From Heteronotia binoei (lineage: Eukaryota), in the NCBI RefSeq assembly GCF_032191835.1, contig NC_083225.1, forward strand, positions 57,040,001-57,104,000: DNA of 64,000 nt. Reading direction: 5' to 3'. The notes beneath the pieces were generated by a model. The model was given only the letters and a program-made list of their open reading frames with translations. It was not told where the DNA came from and did not search any database. A program made the translations under genes and the position numbers. Below are positions 22,317 to 35,960 of the stretch, piece after piece (position 1 is the stretch's first letter; each line of letters begins with the position of its first letter).

Positions 22317-23655
22317 GTCAAGTCAAGTTTAGTTTAATATGGTCAGAGACCCATCCAAAAAGAGAGAAAATAGGTAACGAGTGGCATTAAAAAAACCCCC
22401 AAAAAACAAGGAATACAATTGACCTTGGACACAATACAAAATATTATACATAAAAAATTCAGTTTCCATTTCTAGTTATAAAACATTTCTAGTTATAAAA
22501 CATAAATTTAAATATGTCATAGACATTTAAATGTTTTTTTATCCTTTAGTTGTTTACGGAGTCTTATGGCTTGTACAGCAAACGTTGCAGCCTTCATAGT
22601 AATTTCCTGGTTCCTATCCACTAAAATCTTATCTAGATAAAAGCTAAAATCTCTCCCCGGGAATTGGTCACAAATAGGAGCAATATAAGTCAAATGAATG
22701 TTCTGATAAAGTTTACATTCAAAGAGAATGTGCTGTCTTGTCTCTATCCTCCCATCTCCACAGATACATAACCTTTCCTCATAGTGGCACCTTGTGTATT
22801 TACCTTCTGTGACCGCTGAAGGGAGTATATTCGCTCTCATGAGTGTGAAGGCTCTTCTATAATCAGGTTTATCTAAATTCTGCAAGTATGGCATGAGAAC
22901 TAATCGATTCAGGTTTCCTGTTCCTGAAGGATAACATTTAATCTGGGACAAATCGTGTTGTCTTTCGGTATCTAGAATCCTTTGTTTAAGGAAGGGTTTA
23001 ACTTCACTACCTTACAACTGCATCATAAACTGTTTAGAGAGCCCATAATAAGCTAATTTAAGCTCAGTTTCTCTAACCCAGTAAGGTGTCAAGGAGTCTT
23101 TCATTATCAGGCTCGTTAGCCCAGTAGGGTTAGTCATTAGTTTGTACCAATATAGAAAGACAGCAATCCATAAACGGGCCTGTAAGGTGACCGTGCCAGT
23201 TTCCACTCGTATGAAAGCGTTTGAAGCACTGGGTGGGGCTTGAAGGACATGCCTTAAAAACTTAGATTGAACTCTTTCTAATGCTTGCCAGTGTGTCTTA
23301 TGTGGGTATATATTCAAAGGGGCTCCATATAGTAGTTGGGCAAGAGATTTGGCCTTAAAGATCTTAAGTGCCGCAGCTACATTCCATCCCCCTGAGTTCC
23401 AGAAAAATGTCTCAGTTGCCCCTGTACTTCTAGTCGCATTCATTATGACATGATCCACATGCGCCTTTCTGGAACCAGAGAACTGAAAAACTACTCCCAA
23501 ATATTTGAAACAGCAAACTTGTTCAACTTCTACTGAGCTGATTTGCCAATGATATGTTCTGGGTTTGTTAGCAAAGACTAAAACTTTCGACTGCTGGTAA
23601 TTTATTTTAATATAATTGGAATGGCAGTATTGAGCTAAGATTTTCATAGCTCGTT
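22317..23655 (-). mobile_element. 5'-truncated RTE-X-like LINE (ORF2 C-terminus with CCHC finger) inserted in the CR1 3' UTR
   Basis: ORF 23012-23647 (KSKVLVF-like, FKYLGVVF) and ORF 22517-22951 (RRAFTLMR...GKY...ERLCIC...ETRQHILFECKLY); (GACTT)n-like tail at about 22317-22330. Clade assignment is from motif recall. Confidence 0.72.
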
Positions 23656-24373
23656 TAAGACTGACAGGATGGACAACTCATCTGATCCAACAGGCCTTTC
23701 CTTATGCTCTTCTGTACATTGTTCTCCACTCCTCTATTTTATCCTCACAACAACCTTGTGAGGTAGGCTAAACTGTGAAAATGACCCTTTTCAAACTGCT
23801 TTGTATTAGGGTTTCCAGCCTCCCACTGTGGAGTGAGGTTTCACTGCCCCCAAAGAGCTCCATCACACGCAATGTGCCTGGCACAATTACATCACCTGGA
23901 AGTGACATAATTGTGCCAGGGATACTGGCAATTTGGGCAAATTGAGCATCCCCTATGCAATGTGCCCATCATACCCTGTCCAGAGCCAGGTAGGACCTGG
24001 CAGGCCTACCTGTTTTAGTAACTGATTGCTAATGAATTTTTTCTGTCATTTCAGACAGACCCATTTTAGTAACCGGCTAATAGCGAAATTTATTTACCTG
24101 TTTATACAAATCTGTTTGTGTTGGGTTATCAAAGTGTGATTGACTGCTTTTGAGGGAAATTCCCCCCCCCCTACAATGCTGTTCCTCCCCACCTTTTTCA
24201 CTGCATCATCTTCCTCAGACTTTTAAAAATGTTCTCATGTGAGACTAAACTACTATACTAAACTACTATAGCACTGAAGCTGTATGCAATCTCTGTTCCT
24301 GTATCAGTTCTGTACTCATAATTGGGCAAACAACAAGTAGCATCAAGTTTAGAACATTAACGTGAAAAAGGCT

Positions 24374-24740
24374 CAGTGCCGGATTACACCCTGTGGAGGC
24401 CCCTTGGCGGTCAAAATCTTGGGGATCCTCTTGCAAATTATCTCAGAACTTAAGAGCCTGTCCCACTGTCTATGGCCCCCACTGCAGCCTGCAGGCACCT
24501 TCTCAAAAGCCCCTTTGAAAAAAGCTGTGGAGGAGAGGCAGAGAGAGGCAAACTTGGCAATGATGCCAGCAGCAGATGCACCAGGCAAGCTGGTCAAAGA
24601 GTAGCTCAGTTGCTGGCTGCGTGTGCAGGCTGGGAGGGCTGCAAGCAGGAAGAAAACCGGGGGGAGCCAGCCTTGGGCCCCTAAAGGTGTGGGGACCCCT
24701 AGGCCAGTGCCTAAGTGGCCTTATTGTTAATTTGGCCCTG
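24374..24740. mobile_element. hAT-type MITE
   Basis: TIR CAGTGCCGGATTA / TAATTTGGCCCTG; perfect 8-bp TSD AAAAGGCT. Confidence 0.9.
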
Positions 24741-26016
24741 AAAAGGCTGGTGTGTAGAGCTTTGAGGATATAGGCTGTTTAATGCAGCTACTGAATTTGG
24801 ACCTTGGGAAGAGTGGCTGTACTGAGTTGGCTCACTGGAACAAAATCTTGGTAGGTTGTCGAACATGAGACCTAGTCCTTTTTTCACAAGTACCAAACTG
24901 CTGAAAGGCCTCAGCTGAAAAAGTTTTGTCTGGTATGGGTTTTCCTTTTATTGAAATCACTTTTAGTGGAAGAGGTTAGCCCCTGGCCCACCTATTTTTG
25001 AACTCAAGCTGATTTCTTCTCTCAGATGGTGAGGAAGGAGGCCTGGAGAACTTTATTTCACATTGGAGGTCTGCTTCTGAGGAATATGTGGTTGGGCCAA
25101 CTTCAGCATGAAACCTGAACTTCTGGGATACTGACTACAAGACCCCAGGACCTACCTTCTGCTAAATCAGATTTTCCCAAGGGTACTTTTAAAAACCCAG
25201 GACATTAGCAGAGAGCTGTACTCTCAAAGAGCAGTGAGTAAGACCCTGAGTTAATAGGCCATCATTCATGGTCAGACTCTGGACCTTTGATTTGGGAAGG
25301 GAAAGGAATCTTGAGAGTGGGGAGTACCACACCCAGTGGTGCAAATTCTTTTTCCTTCCTGTTGTAATAAATACAATTATTTTGCTTATGCCAAAGTGTA
25401 TGGGGGGGGGGGGGAGAGGCTTTAAGAAACGAAGTCCTAAGCTTTGAACCTGCCCTTAGTTCCAACATTCAGGTTAGAAGTGTGAATGGCCCTGGCTCAC
25501 CCAGCAAGCTTCCATGGCAGACTGGGCAATCCATACCTGGCTCTCCTCAATCCTTCGTAAAACACTCTAACCACTGTGCCAGACTGACTCTCTAAATTGA
25601 AACTTACATTACCTGCCTTGATAGGATTGTGGTTCATGACCATTGAATTTAAAAATGTAAACCTTGTTAAGACATTTATTTATTTTATCCATTTTTCCGC
25701 AGTGGACCTCCAAAGTTAATGGAATGGACGTATTCAAGCCTCTAACAGCGTCAACTTGTGAGATTGTTTCTTAGTAACTCTTCCTCAGAGAGGCATAATA
25801 TCAGTCCATATCATTCCAAAATGGACCGCAAAGTCTCCAGCACCAGTTTTCTGAAGAAAAGTTGTGGTCCACTTTGATCCATCTTGCAGTCCACTTCGGA
25901 ATAATATAGACTGATACAGCCATTCCATCCATGAAAGATCACAATTTGAAAAGTTGTGAGAATAATAGACAGAGACTATATGCACTTTTGAAGCACTTTA
26001 TTGAAATTTTACATTG

Positions 26017-26621
26017 CAGAGGTGTCAGACATGCAGTTTGGGGGCTGAATCAGGCCCCTGGAGGGCTCCTATCAGCCACCCAAGCAAATGGCTGTCATTG
26101 CTTCCTTCTCCCTCTCCCTTGCTTCCTTCTGCATCACAGCTTGCTTTGCACAGAAGCTGCAGAGCAAAACCTCTGTTTTCTCCATTGACTGTGGCTTCTC
26201 CCTTGGGGAGGAAGGGAGGGAGAGCTTGCTTTGCCAGCCTCAATTGCACAGCAGAGCTACTGAGCCAAGCCTCTCTTCCTTCTATTGACTGATGCTCCTC
26301 CCCCTCCTAGTCCCCTGGGGAAGGAAGAAGAGAGCCAGAGTTTCCTTTGTCCAGTTCCCTGGATCCCATAGGAGAAATACAAAGAAAACATCTTTAAGTC
26401 CAATGAGTGCTAGCGTTTTAAGCGTATTTTAAGTTTTTAAAAAATATATATTTGTGTTTGTCTGTGTCCTTTATAAAGTTTTTATCTCTGCTACCTAATC
26501 TTAAATAGGTACACATGTGGCCTGACCCAACATGCCTCGGCCCAACCAGACATGGCCCGACCCAACAAAGTCTCATTTATGTCAGATCTGGCCCTCATAG
26601 CAAATGAGTTCAACACCCCCG
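26017..26621. mobile_element. Probable hAT (Charlie-like TIR) non-autonomous element
   Basis: CAGAGGTGTCAGAC ... GTTCAACACCCCCG termini; TSD not recognisable. Confidence 0.55.
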
Positions 26622-26932
26622 TTTTCATACAAAAGCAGAGGGTCTTCCTTGTCACTGTTGCTAACATCCCTTCCTTTCCAGGTTGGCTCTGGCAGCTGCT
26701 GTGGCTCATTCTTACTGCAATTGCTTTCTGTCCAAGTGTGGCACTAATAAGAATGAGAGCTGCTGCAGCCACAGCCAAACAGAAAAGAAGAGATGGAGGC
26801 AATGGAGAGAAAAAGCTCCTGCTAGACTAGAGGAAGGGAGAAACATGGTAGAATTGAGAAGGCAAGGAGCAATGGCTGTCACCAGCACAGCTGGTAGGAG
26901 GCAATGGTGAATAGGAGCAAGGAAGCACTGTA

Positions 26933-27138
26933 ATAAGAAGAAGATAAGAGATTTGATTTATACCCCACACTTTGCTCAGTGTCTCAAAGCAGTTTACAAA
27001 TATCCTTCCCTCCCCCTCCCCACAACAGACACCCTGAGAGGTAGGTGAGGCTGAGAGAGCTCTTTTGAGAACTGCTCTTGAGAGAACAGCTACGAGAGAA
27101 TGGCCACTCAGCAGCTGCATGTGGAGGAGTGGGGAATC
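26933..27138 (-). mobile_element. Squam3-like SINE, 5' truncated
   Basis: (CTT)n tail plus CCCCACAACAGACACCCTG..AGGTAGGTG body shared with 21192-21468. Confidence 0.75.
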
Positions 27139-29877
27139 TCTTGCTAAGGCCCAGTTGCTCTGCTCTGTGCTCAGAGGCTTCCTTAAACACCCCTTCTCAG
27201 CCTGGATCATCACATCTACTGCTTGACCCGCTTGCTACTTTTAAGACAAGCTGTTGGTCTGGAGGCCTTGCAGCAAGCTCCACTGCTGCTGGCCCAGGAC
27301 ACCAACTGCCACAGTGGACATAGGCAGATCTTGATTTTCTTGCTTTCTGACTTGCGTAACCTAGTTAGAGCATGCACACAAAGCGAAAGAAGATTGTGGC
27401 ACTCAACAATAATTGGCAGCAGATTTCCTGTTGAGCTGTAGAGAAGATTCCTGGCCATTCTGACCATCATCTTCATTGATGTAACACGTATTTAGGCAAC
27501 TTCCAAATTCTTCCAGTCTGATAATGTGTTGAGTGTAATTAGCTGGCCCCAACATTCTCTGTGATTTCATATTCCAGATAACTAGATTACTTAATCTTCA
27601 ATATTCTCACAGTGAAAAGAAAACAGTGGAAAATGAGCATGTCATTAATTTTAATGCACTGGTCTGCTATTATCTAAATATGTCTGTCAGCCATCACTTT
27701 AAAGAAAGTTGTTTATCTCAGTACTAAAATAGATTGTCAGTGGCAGAATGTTGTTTTCTACAAGTAGGGCAGTAATATGATGATAATTTGTTATTCACCA
27801 AGTCTTCATTTGACCTTTAAATTTTCTCCTTATCATAAGAATCTAACAGTCTGTCCAAGTTATTTGCATTTACCATGCAGTGGACTCAGCACTCAGCCTT
27901 GTGATTGTACATACACCACCATCTGTTTGTGAGATTAATGGTGGTCTGAATAGAAGTGATAACAATTTCATGCAGCCTTTAGTGCTAACTAGGATTGCTA
28001 TGACCTGTGCTTGAAAAGTATGGAAGCTGAGCTTAGAGCATTCAGATTCTCCTCCTTGCCCTGGTATATATGGCTGGTATTAATGCCAGGAGGGGTCCTG
28101 TGCAATGTCTTATTCCTGTACACCCAGTTGGGTGTGTGACTATAGCACTACTTGAGAGTATGCTGGTCTTTTCTCCTCCTTCGGTTTGCTATTTTTTGCT
28201 TATTGCTGATTAAAAGGTGAGCCTTGTTACCCTTTGAATGCAGGACTCCTGATTGACACATGGGCACCTATACCAGTAGGAGCTGACAGGAAGCGGGCAG
28301 TTGTGTGTTCTCTTGTTTCTATTCATTGCCTGGCAGAAGGCTACTACATGCAAGTCCCAGGCACACCAAGATCTGAACCCTAGAATGGGAAAGGTCCTGG
28401 CTGTTCTGTTGGTATTGCTTTTGCCGAGTGAGACAATAGAAACATGTGAAAGTCCTGACTGAAATAGCCATCTTTTTTTCACCAAGTGCACCCCCTGGCA
28501 AAGGGGATTTGATGGCTGGAAGAAATTTGAACACCCATCTACAGAGCTTCTTGGATTATATTTGGTTCACATCATGCAAGGTGCTCTGCTTCCTTCCTGG
28601 TTGTTTTCTGAATGTTAGCGGTGGTTGCCTGAATTCCTAAGGCATGGGCTGAATCAGCATGTATTGGTTGGTTGTCACAGGAATATTGTTTACATACGAC
28701 TCCATTATTGATGTTTGCTAAGGAATCTGGTGCAATTGCTATGTTCTATGTTCTTTGGTGAGGGGGTTTTCTTTCTCTTTAATGTGCTCAGGTGGGCAAA
28801 CAGGACAGTGCCTTGTAGCCCTGGCACTAGTGGTGGGTTAGCATCAGTGTCCTGAGATGTGGCTATTAGAGCAAGGAATCAGAAAGGACCCATGATGATG
28901 ATCTATTAAATTAGCACTAGAGGGAGTGAAATGCATGAGGAAAAGGGGGACTCCGCCCCCCCCCCCGAGGCAATAGTGACACACAAGTAACACAAATGAG
29001 AATGTGGAAAAGCCCTGAGTTTGACTTGGAGCATCAAGACAACTGAGTGTGAGAGCAAAGGATCAGTAACTGGAGCAGTATGAAAATACTGGTTAGTTCA
29101 TGCTAAGGGGCATGCTTTTTTTAAAAAGTGTACTGTTTATACATTCTTTTTTGTGAGATGAATGGGTCAGAATGGCTTACTCACAAGTTTAAGCACAGAA
29201 GAAAGTGACATACAGAATCAGATCAAACCAGCCTGTGAACCGTTTATCTTTCCTCCCAAGCACTTCTCTACTCAATCCTTCTCCATTTCCTTGGCAACCT
29301 CACTGTTCACCCTGTTGACCAAGCATGCAGCCTTTGCTCCCCCATTTAGTAAGTCACCAGCTGGTGCCACTTGAGTCTGTACAACACTGCAAAAATCGAT
29401 CCATCTGTCCTCTCAGTGAAAACTCTAGTTCATTCTCTGGTCATCTCCTGCCCTTGATTATTTTTTCCACAAAGTGACATTCACTCAGGTATCTTGGGGG
29501 GGGGGGGGATCCATTTTGCTGTGTGAATGCTGAAGTTTCTGTGAATGTTCAAAGGCTAAGCTCGAAAACTGCCCAAACAGGTGGTTCTAAAGCTGAAGAA
29601 CCAGGTTTTCCCTTCTGTGTTTTAACTTGCAAAACTGACAAGATGTCTCTGTGTATGTGAATGAAACTACTCTGGGAGTAAGATTGCCAGCAGGCCTGGA
29701 GAAAAATGTCATGTCCTTTTTATGGAGGATAAATGGACAGAAACAGGCAGCTAAAGCTTTTCATAGCTTGGATGTAATGTCATCACCTGATAAATAACAT
29801 CTTATAAAAGGGGCACGATGGTGGGTTTTTTAAAAATGCAGGTACCTAGCAGACCTACCTGGGAGATATTTTTGTTT

Positions 29878-31335
29878 TTGTTTTCATTTTCATTTCATTT
29901 ATATCTTGCCATACCCCACCAAAGCGGGCTCAGGGAGGCTCACAACATAAAAATTCTAACAATAAAATTCAGGAATTAAAATACAATAATCATTTACATA
30001 ATTAAAACAACTAATATATCAATATGTCAGTCAGTCTCAGGGCGCTATCTTATAGTCTTCCATCAGAATATTTCAGTATTTCAATGTTTCAATGCCGGTC
30101 AGTTATAAGCCAACCGGAAGAGGACTGTCTTACAGGCCCTGCGGAACTGTCCAATGTCCCGCAGGGCCCTGACCTCTTCTGGTAACTGGTTCCACCAGCA
30201 AGGGGCTGTGATCGAGAAGGCCCTGTCCCTAGTTGACTTCAACCGGGCCTCCTTTGGCCCGGGGATTACAAGCAGATTTCTAGAGCCGGATCGCAGCACT
30301 TTCTGGGGGGCATATGGGAAGAAACGGTCCCTAAGGTAGGCAGGTCCTAGGCCATATAGGGCTTTAAAGGTAATACCCAGCACCTTGTACTGGACTCGGT
30401 ATATTATTGGCAGCCAGTGCAGTCCCTGAAGGCTCGGCTGAATGTGCTCCCATCTAGGGAGCCCTAATAACAGCTGAGCGGCGGCGTTCTGCACTAGCTG
30501 CAACTTCCGGGTTCGGCACAGGGGCAGCCAATGTAGAGGGCATTACAGTAATCCAACCTTGAGGTGACTGTTGCATGGATCACTGTTGCCAGATCGTCCT
30601 GCTCCAGGAAAGGAGCCAACTGCCTCGCCCGCCTAAGATGAAAAAATGTGGACTTAGCAGTGGCTGCTACTTGGGCCTCCATGGTTAAGGCAGGCTCAAG
30701 TAGTACCCCCAAACTCTTGACCCTGTGTGCCATTGTCAGTGGCACACCGTCTAGAGCTGGTAGGGGAATTTCCCCTCCCGGACCACGGCGACCCAAGCAA
30801 AGGACCTCTGTCTTCGCTGGATTTAGTTTCAACCTACTCAGCCTGAGCCATCTAGCCATGGCTTGTAATGCTAGGTCCAGGTTTTCTGGGACACAGTCAG
30901 GCCAGCCGTCCATGAGTAGATAGAGCTGGGTGTCATCAGCGTACTGGTAGCAACCCAGCCCATACCTCCAGGCAATGTGGGCAAGGGGGTGCATGTAAAT
31001 GTTAACATTGGGGAAAGAACTGCCCCCTGAGGCACCCCGCAATCAAGCGTGTGCCTCCAGGACAACTCACCCCCAATTGCCACCCTTTGTCCCCGACCAT
31101 CAAGGAACGAGGAGAGCCATTGTAAGGCCAACCCCTCAATCCCCGCGTCGGCGAGACGGCTAGTCAGCAGCTGATGGTTGACCATATCGAACGCTGCCAA
31201 TAGGTCTAACAACATCAGCACTGCTGAGCCGCCTTGATCCAGATGCCGCTGGAGATCATCCATCAGAGAGACCAGCACTGTCTCCATCCCATGACCCGGA
31301 TGAAAGCTGGACTGATGGGGGGTTCCACTGGTGAT
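29878..31335 (-). mobile_element. 5'-truncated L2 LINE (RT C-half and 3' tail), frameshifted
   Basis: HQSSF.PGHG.ET.L..L.DDL; LDLLAAFDMV; GVPQGAVLSP; YADDTQLYL; LKLNPAKTEVL; SRLDYCNALY; LQLVQNAAA; WNQLP. Confidence 0.92.
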
Positions 31336-32474
31336 TTTTTGTAAAGTAAAGCAAGGTCTGTAGTCGGGGGGGGGGGGGTTGTTGGCAAAGAAGCAGCTTT
31401 GATTTGGGGGTAGAGAAGACTCATCTTGGGAATACACACAGGCTGAAAAGAGGTAGCCAGTGAGATGGTGGAGGAAGGGTTTTTTTTTTTTTTAAGATAT
31501 AAATAAAGCCTGAATAACAAATCCATTAAGACATTTCTGCCTATTGTAGGGATAGGCTTTAGGGTGAAGAGATTCCATTTAATGAACCTTTTATTTTTAT
31601 TATTTTATGTTGTTGTATATTGCTCTTCAACAGTGTGATTTTCCTTGTTGAATCATAGATTGCTTACATAACTTTTTTCTGAACAAGGAGTCATTTTGTG
31701 TTTGCAATCACATAAAAGGAGTATACGTAGAACATGCTTAACAAGGTTCAAAGAAAAGGAAATGAAAGCCTTTATAGATGAATGTATCTCAAACAAGGAG
31801 ATTTCCAAAAAATTTCCCTGCCTCCACGGCATCTGAAGAAGAGGCTATTTACTCTGCAATCCTGAACAGATGTTTAGGATTCTGTGGGAGTCACTGAGTT
31901 TAGCAGTGTCTTAAGTCTGCTTAGGGTTGTACTGTAAAACATTTAAGTTCTATAAATGAGCCAAGTACTAATGGTTTATAGGTTAACTAAGTTTAAAATG
32001 ATGTTTTATGTTATTTAAGTGGTAAAAATAGGAATATAATTCTGCATAGATTCCATTTTTTTCTTTAAAAAATCTATTCTACGGGAGCAGGAGGAACAAG
32101 TGTTTTTTGGTGGCTTCAGAACTTCCAGAAATTTTATAACTGTAGTATAATCACACATTTTACTCGTACTTCCTTCTGTTTTTAAAGCAGCAAATGTGTC
32201 CTCAAGCCACTTCCACTACACTTTAACACATGTCTTCTTCAGCTTTCTTTCATCTCTCTCCATAGGAGCATCTTTTCTCCTTTGCACAAATCAAGCTATC
32301 TACAGACTTATTTATTTTAGTGACCTTTGAGAACTAGGTATTTATAGCTTCCAAAGTTTAGCCAAAGTTTAGGTAGGGACCTATTTAATCTTGGATGGGG
32401 AAGGTAGGTTTGCCACTTGTCTCCAACTTTTCTCCAACAGAAATTACTGCAGTCATATCTTAACAATATCGTTA

Positions 32475-32560
32475 AATTGTGAAGAAGTGAGCACTGACTC
32501 ATGAAAGCTCATACCCTGCCACAAATGTTGTTAGTCTTGAAGGTGCTGCTGAACTTTTGC
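32475..32560 (+). repeat. Penelope-like terminal-repeat remnant with degenerate hammerhead core
   Basis: GTGAAGA-A-GTGAG-CACTGA-CTCAT-GAAA-GCTCA then AAATGTTGTTAGTCTTGAAGGTGCTGCT. Confidence 0.6.
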
Positions 32561-33031
32561 CCGTTTCTACTGCTACAGTCATACTAACACAGCCACCCAT
32601 CTTGTCTTGGGTTAATGGTCCATGATCACGTAATGATAGTATCTTGATATTAATCTGAAGCCACTGGCTTCATATCATAACAAATTTGCTTACTGTTTTC
32701 TTATTAGTTCCATGGACCCCAGAGTCACAAAATGTAGAATTTTAAAAGCAGATTCAGACAAAGAGCTGTGGAGATGACTGAGGGCCAAACTAGACATTAC
32801 ATTTTTAAAAGAGTTGAGTCTTGGTTTTACCACAGAGTTTCCAGCAATTTCTAGAGCTCCTCTTTGTCACTTCCAGGTTCTACCCAGAAGTGATATAGCA
32901 ATGTTGGCAATGTCGCTGCTTTCTAAATTCCTGAGCAGCTATAGGCAGTACAGCAAGAGGCCTGGCAAGCTGATCAGGGGCATGTAGTGATTACCTGTGT
33001 GGATAGGTGCATCATGGTACTATATGACTAC

Positions 33032-33246
33032 TAGGATTGTCAGCCTCCAGGTGGATCCTGGAGATCTCCCACTTTACAACTGATCTCCAGCTGGCAGAGA
33101 TCAGCTTCCCTGGAGAAGATGGCTGCTGTGAAAGGTGAACTCTATGGCATTGTATTTTGCTGAAGCCCCTCCCTTCCCAAAACCCTGCCCTCTCCTGGAT
33201 CCCCCAAAGTTTCCAGGTATTTTCCAACACAGACCTGGCAACCCTA
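33032..33246. mobile_element. Short hAT (Blackjack-like) MITE
   Basis: TAGGATTGTCAGCCTCCAGG...CCTGGCAACCCTA; TSD decayed (5/8). Confidence 0.7.
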
Positions 33247-34694
33247 GTGACTGTTAGTCTAAAGTGCATAATGCTCAATAATAGTAATTTATTTATTTGA
33301 TTAGATTGCATATTCACAAATGTTCTACAAAGTACCTACAGCTAGTTTGTAGAACATTTGTGAATATGCAATCTAATCAAATACCTACAGCTAGTTTATG
33401 GATTGGAACTTTTGGGATTCATTTTTTGAAGGTTCTTTTAACTTTATTCAGGTTATACTGTATATATAACATTCCAGATTTTGGCTTTTCATTAAGGTCA
33501 CAATTGAACATTGACATAGATAAAATCCTATTGGTTATCTGATTATGGAATATTTGTTGCTCCTGTATATTCCCTTTTCTGAAGAAAGTATCCACCTCAG
33601 TTTAGTGATTATTCTACTTTATGGATTTCACACTTTCTCTAGGAATTTAATTTCTTAGTTCTCAGATTATTTATATTGCTTTGTATAAAGAGTCCATTGT
33701 TTCCATAGAGTTCACTTACAGTCTCCACAGCATTTTTCCCACTCTTAGCAACAGAGAAACTATTCTTTTCCCATAGCATCAAGGAGTAAATGGAGCTGAA
33801 ACCAACTGTGTTGTGTTGTAACACATAATTGTATGTGTTGGAACTAGCTAGGTTAATAGTAGTAATTATGTGTTGCAAACATTCCATGCATTCTACAGTG
33901 CCCTCCAGCTTGACATCTTCATATTCCTGTTAATGCATTTTTCCTCACTTTTTGATTGAAGTTATGTGTTGTTCATATAAATTTTCATAGGACACTGAAT
34001 CCTGAACCTACTTGGACTATTATCACACATGATGTTAAAAAGAGTCTTTGATTCTCACCTGACATTTGTGGCACCGGATGATGTTGAAATTCTAAAAGAG
34101 CAATTTAAACAGAGAAATAATTTCAGACTCAAGTCTTCAAATACCATTTGCAGTATATGATGCATCCCTTTTGAGACTGCAGTATTTCATAAGAATATGG
34201 GGGAAATTTGGTATTTATAGAAGGGGAAAGGGGGATCAGCAGAATAGTGGGAACATAAAGACTGTTTTTCAGCCTCAATCCCTGTAATGTTAACCAGCGA
34301 TCTTGACCAAAACTTTTTAAAAAAACACTATTTAATTGCTGTAACTATGGATATTAAAAGCTTCCATAAATGCTTGATTAATCTTTTCATTAAAAGAGCC
34401 ACAATATTATCAAGGATAAAATGTTGATAGTATTAATAGAGCAGCCTTCATGTAAGAGAGCACATTGTTAACTACCAGAAATCTTGAAAATATAAAAAGA
34501 AAAAATACTGTAAACAGGAACAAATTAAAAGTGTGCATGACATTTAAAAGGTAAATAGAAGAAAATATATAGTATAAAAGGTAAAATGAATATATATATA
34601 TATTTTCAAGATGGTCTCAGGCCATGCAGCCTCATCAAACAAGGAGCCTGCTTTGGTGAGGAGGGCGGGATATAAATCTGAGAAATAAATAATA

Positions 34695-34970
34695 AAGAAG
34701 AAGATATTGGATTTATATTCTGCCCTATACTCTGCATCTCAGAGTCTCAGAGCGGTCACAATCACTTTTACCTCCCCCCCCCCCTCAACACATACACAAG
34801 AAACACTCTGTGAGGTAGGTGAAGCTGAGAGAGCTCTTACAGCAGCTGCCCTTTCAAGGACAACTCCTACAAGAGCTATGGCTGACCCAATGCTATTACA
34901 GCAGCTGCAAGTGGAGGAGTGGGGAATCAAAGAGATAAGAGTCCGAACACTTAACCACTACAACAAATTG
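34695..34970 (-). mobile_element. Squam3-like SINE, tail-to-tail with an L2-type tail at about 34645-34694
   Basis: AAGAAGAAGATATTGGATTTATAT...CTGCCCTTTCAAGGACAAC...CACTTAACCACTAC. Confidence 0.85.
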
Positions 34971-35301
34971 GAAACTCAATCATGCTGCATGGAGTCTTCT
35001 AAAGATCTCCAGAGGTACAGCATACTCTCTATCAGTGCAATCCTAAATAGAGTTACATTTTAAACCTACCAAGTAATTAATTTTTTTTTCTCTTATTCCC
35101 AAGAAACTGCTAGGGGACCCAAACGTAATATATCCTACTGGAAAGTGTATCCCTTTAGCCAATGAGTGAAATAGGAAAGAGTACTGTCAAGGAAAATAAT
35201 TCAAACTTCGCCATTGTGAATGATTAGGATGTCCATTTCCTGAAGGAAAGAAACACTGTTATCCAGGAGAAAGGGAGACTTGTGTCAAGGTTTATACATT
35301 T

Positions 35302-35765
35302 TAGGGTTGCAAGGTATTTCATGATTTTCATGAAATATCTGGGGACTTTGGAGGCAGAGCCAGGAGACTTTGGGGTAGAGCCAGGAGCAAGGGTGTGGCA
35401 AGTACAATTGAACTCTGAAGGGAGTTCTGGCAATCACATTAAAGGGACCGGATTTCTTTTAAATGTCTTCCCTCCATTGGAAATAATAAAGGATAGGGGC
35501 ACCTTTTTGGAGGGCTCATAGAATTGGATCCCTTGGTCCAGTCTTTTTGAAACTTGGGGGATGTTTGGAGGAGAGGCACTGGATGATATGGTGAAAAATT
35601 TGGTGCCTCTACCTCAAAGAAACAGCCCCCAGAACCCCAGATACCCACAAATCTCTTCTCCATTATACCTTGTGGTAATTGGTCCCCATAGAGAATAATG
35701 GTGTGCCCAGCAGACATTTGTCTCCCCCCCAACCCCACTTTCTGATAACCCGGAAGTGGGGGAGA
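35302..35765. mobile_element. hAT (Blackjack-like) element, partial; same family as 10435-11170
   Basis: Shares GACTTTGGGG..GAGCCA..AGCAAGGGTGTG.CAAGTA.AATTGAACT and later blocks; the right TIR is not seen. Confidence 0.7.
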
Positions 35766-35824
35766 GCATTGAGTGGGGCAAAAATATTTTGTGCACTTTT
35801 TTACTTATTTTTTGCACTGTTATG

Positions 35825-35960
35825 CCACAACTCACTTAAGGCAACCTCTGGTGGGGCTTTCAAGGCAAGAGGCATTCAGAGATGATTTGCCATTGCCTGC
35901 CTCTGCATCATGTCTCTTGTGTACCACGGTGGTCTCCCATCCAAAGAGTGACCAAAGGCT
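35825..35960 (-). mobile_element. 5S rRNA-derived SINE fragment
   Basis: Plus strand TTTGCCATTGCCTGCC...GGTGGTCTCCCATCCAAA is the reverse complement of the 18566-18742 family. Confidence 0.6.

Noticed and set aside
27150-28650. Possible very old LINE on the minus strand
   Set aside because: No convincing endonuclease or RT motif could be read by eye; a translated HMM search would be needed.
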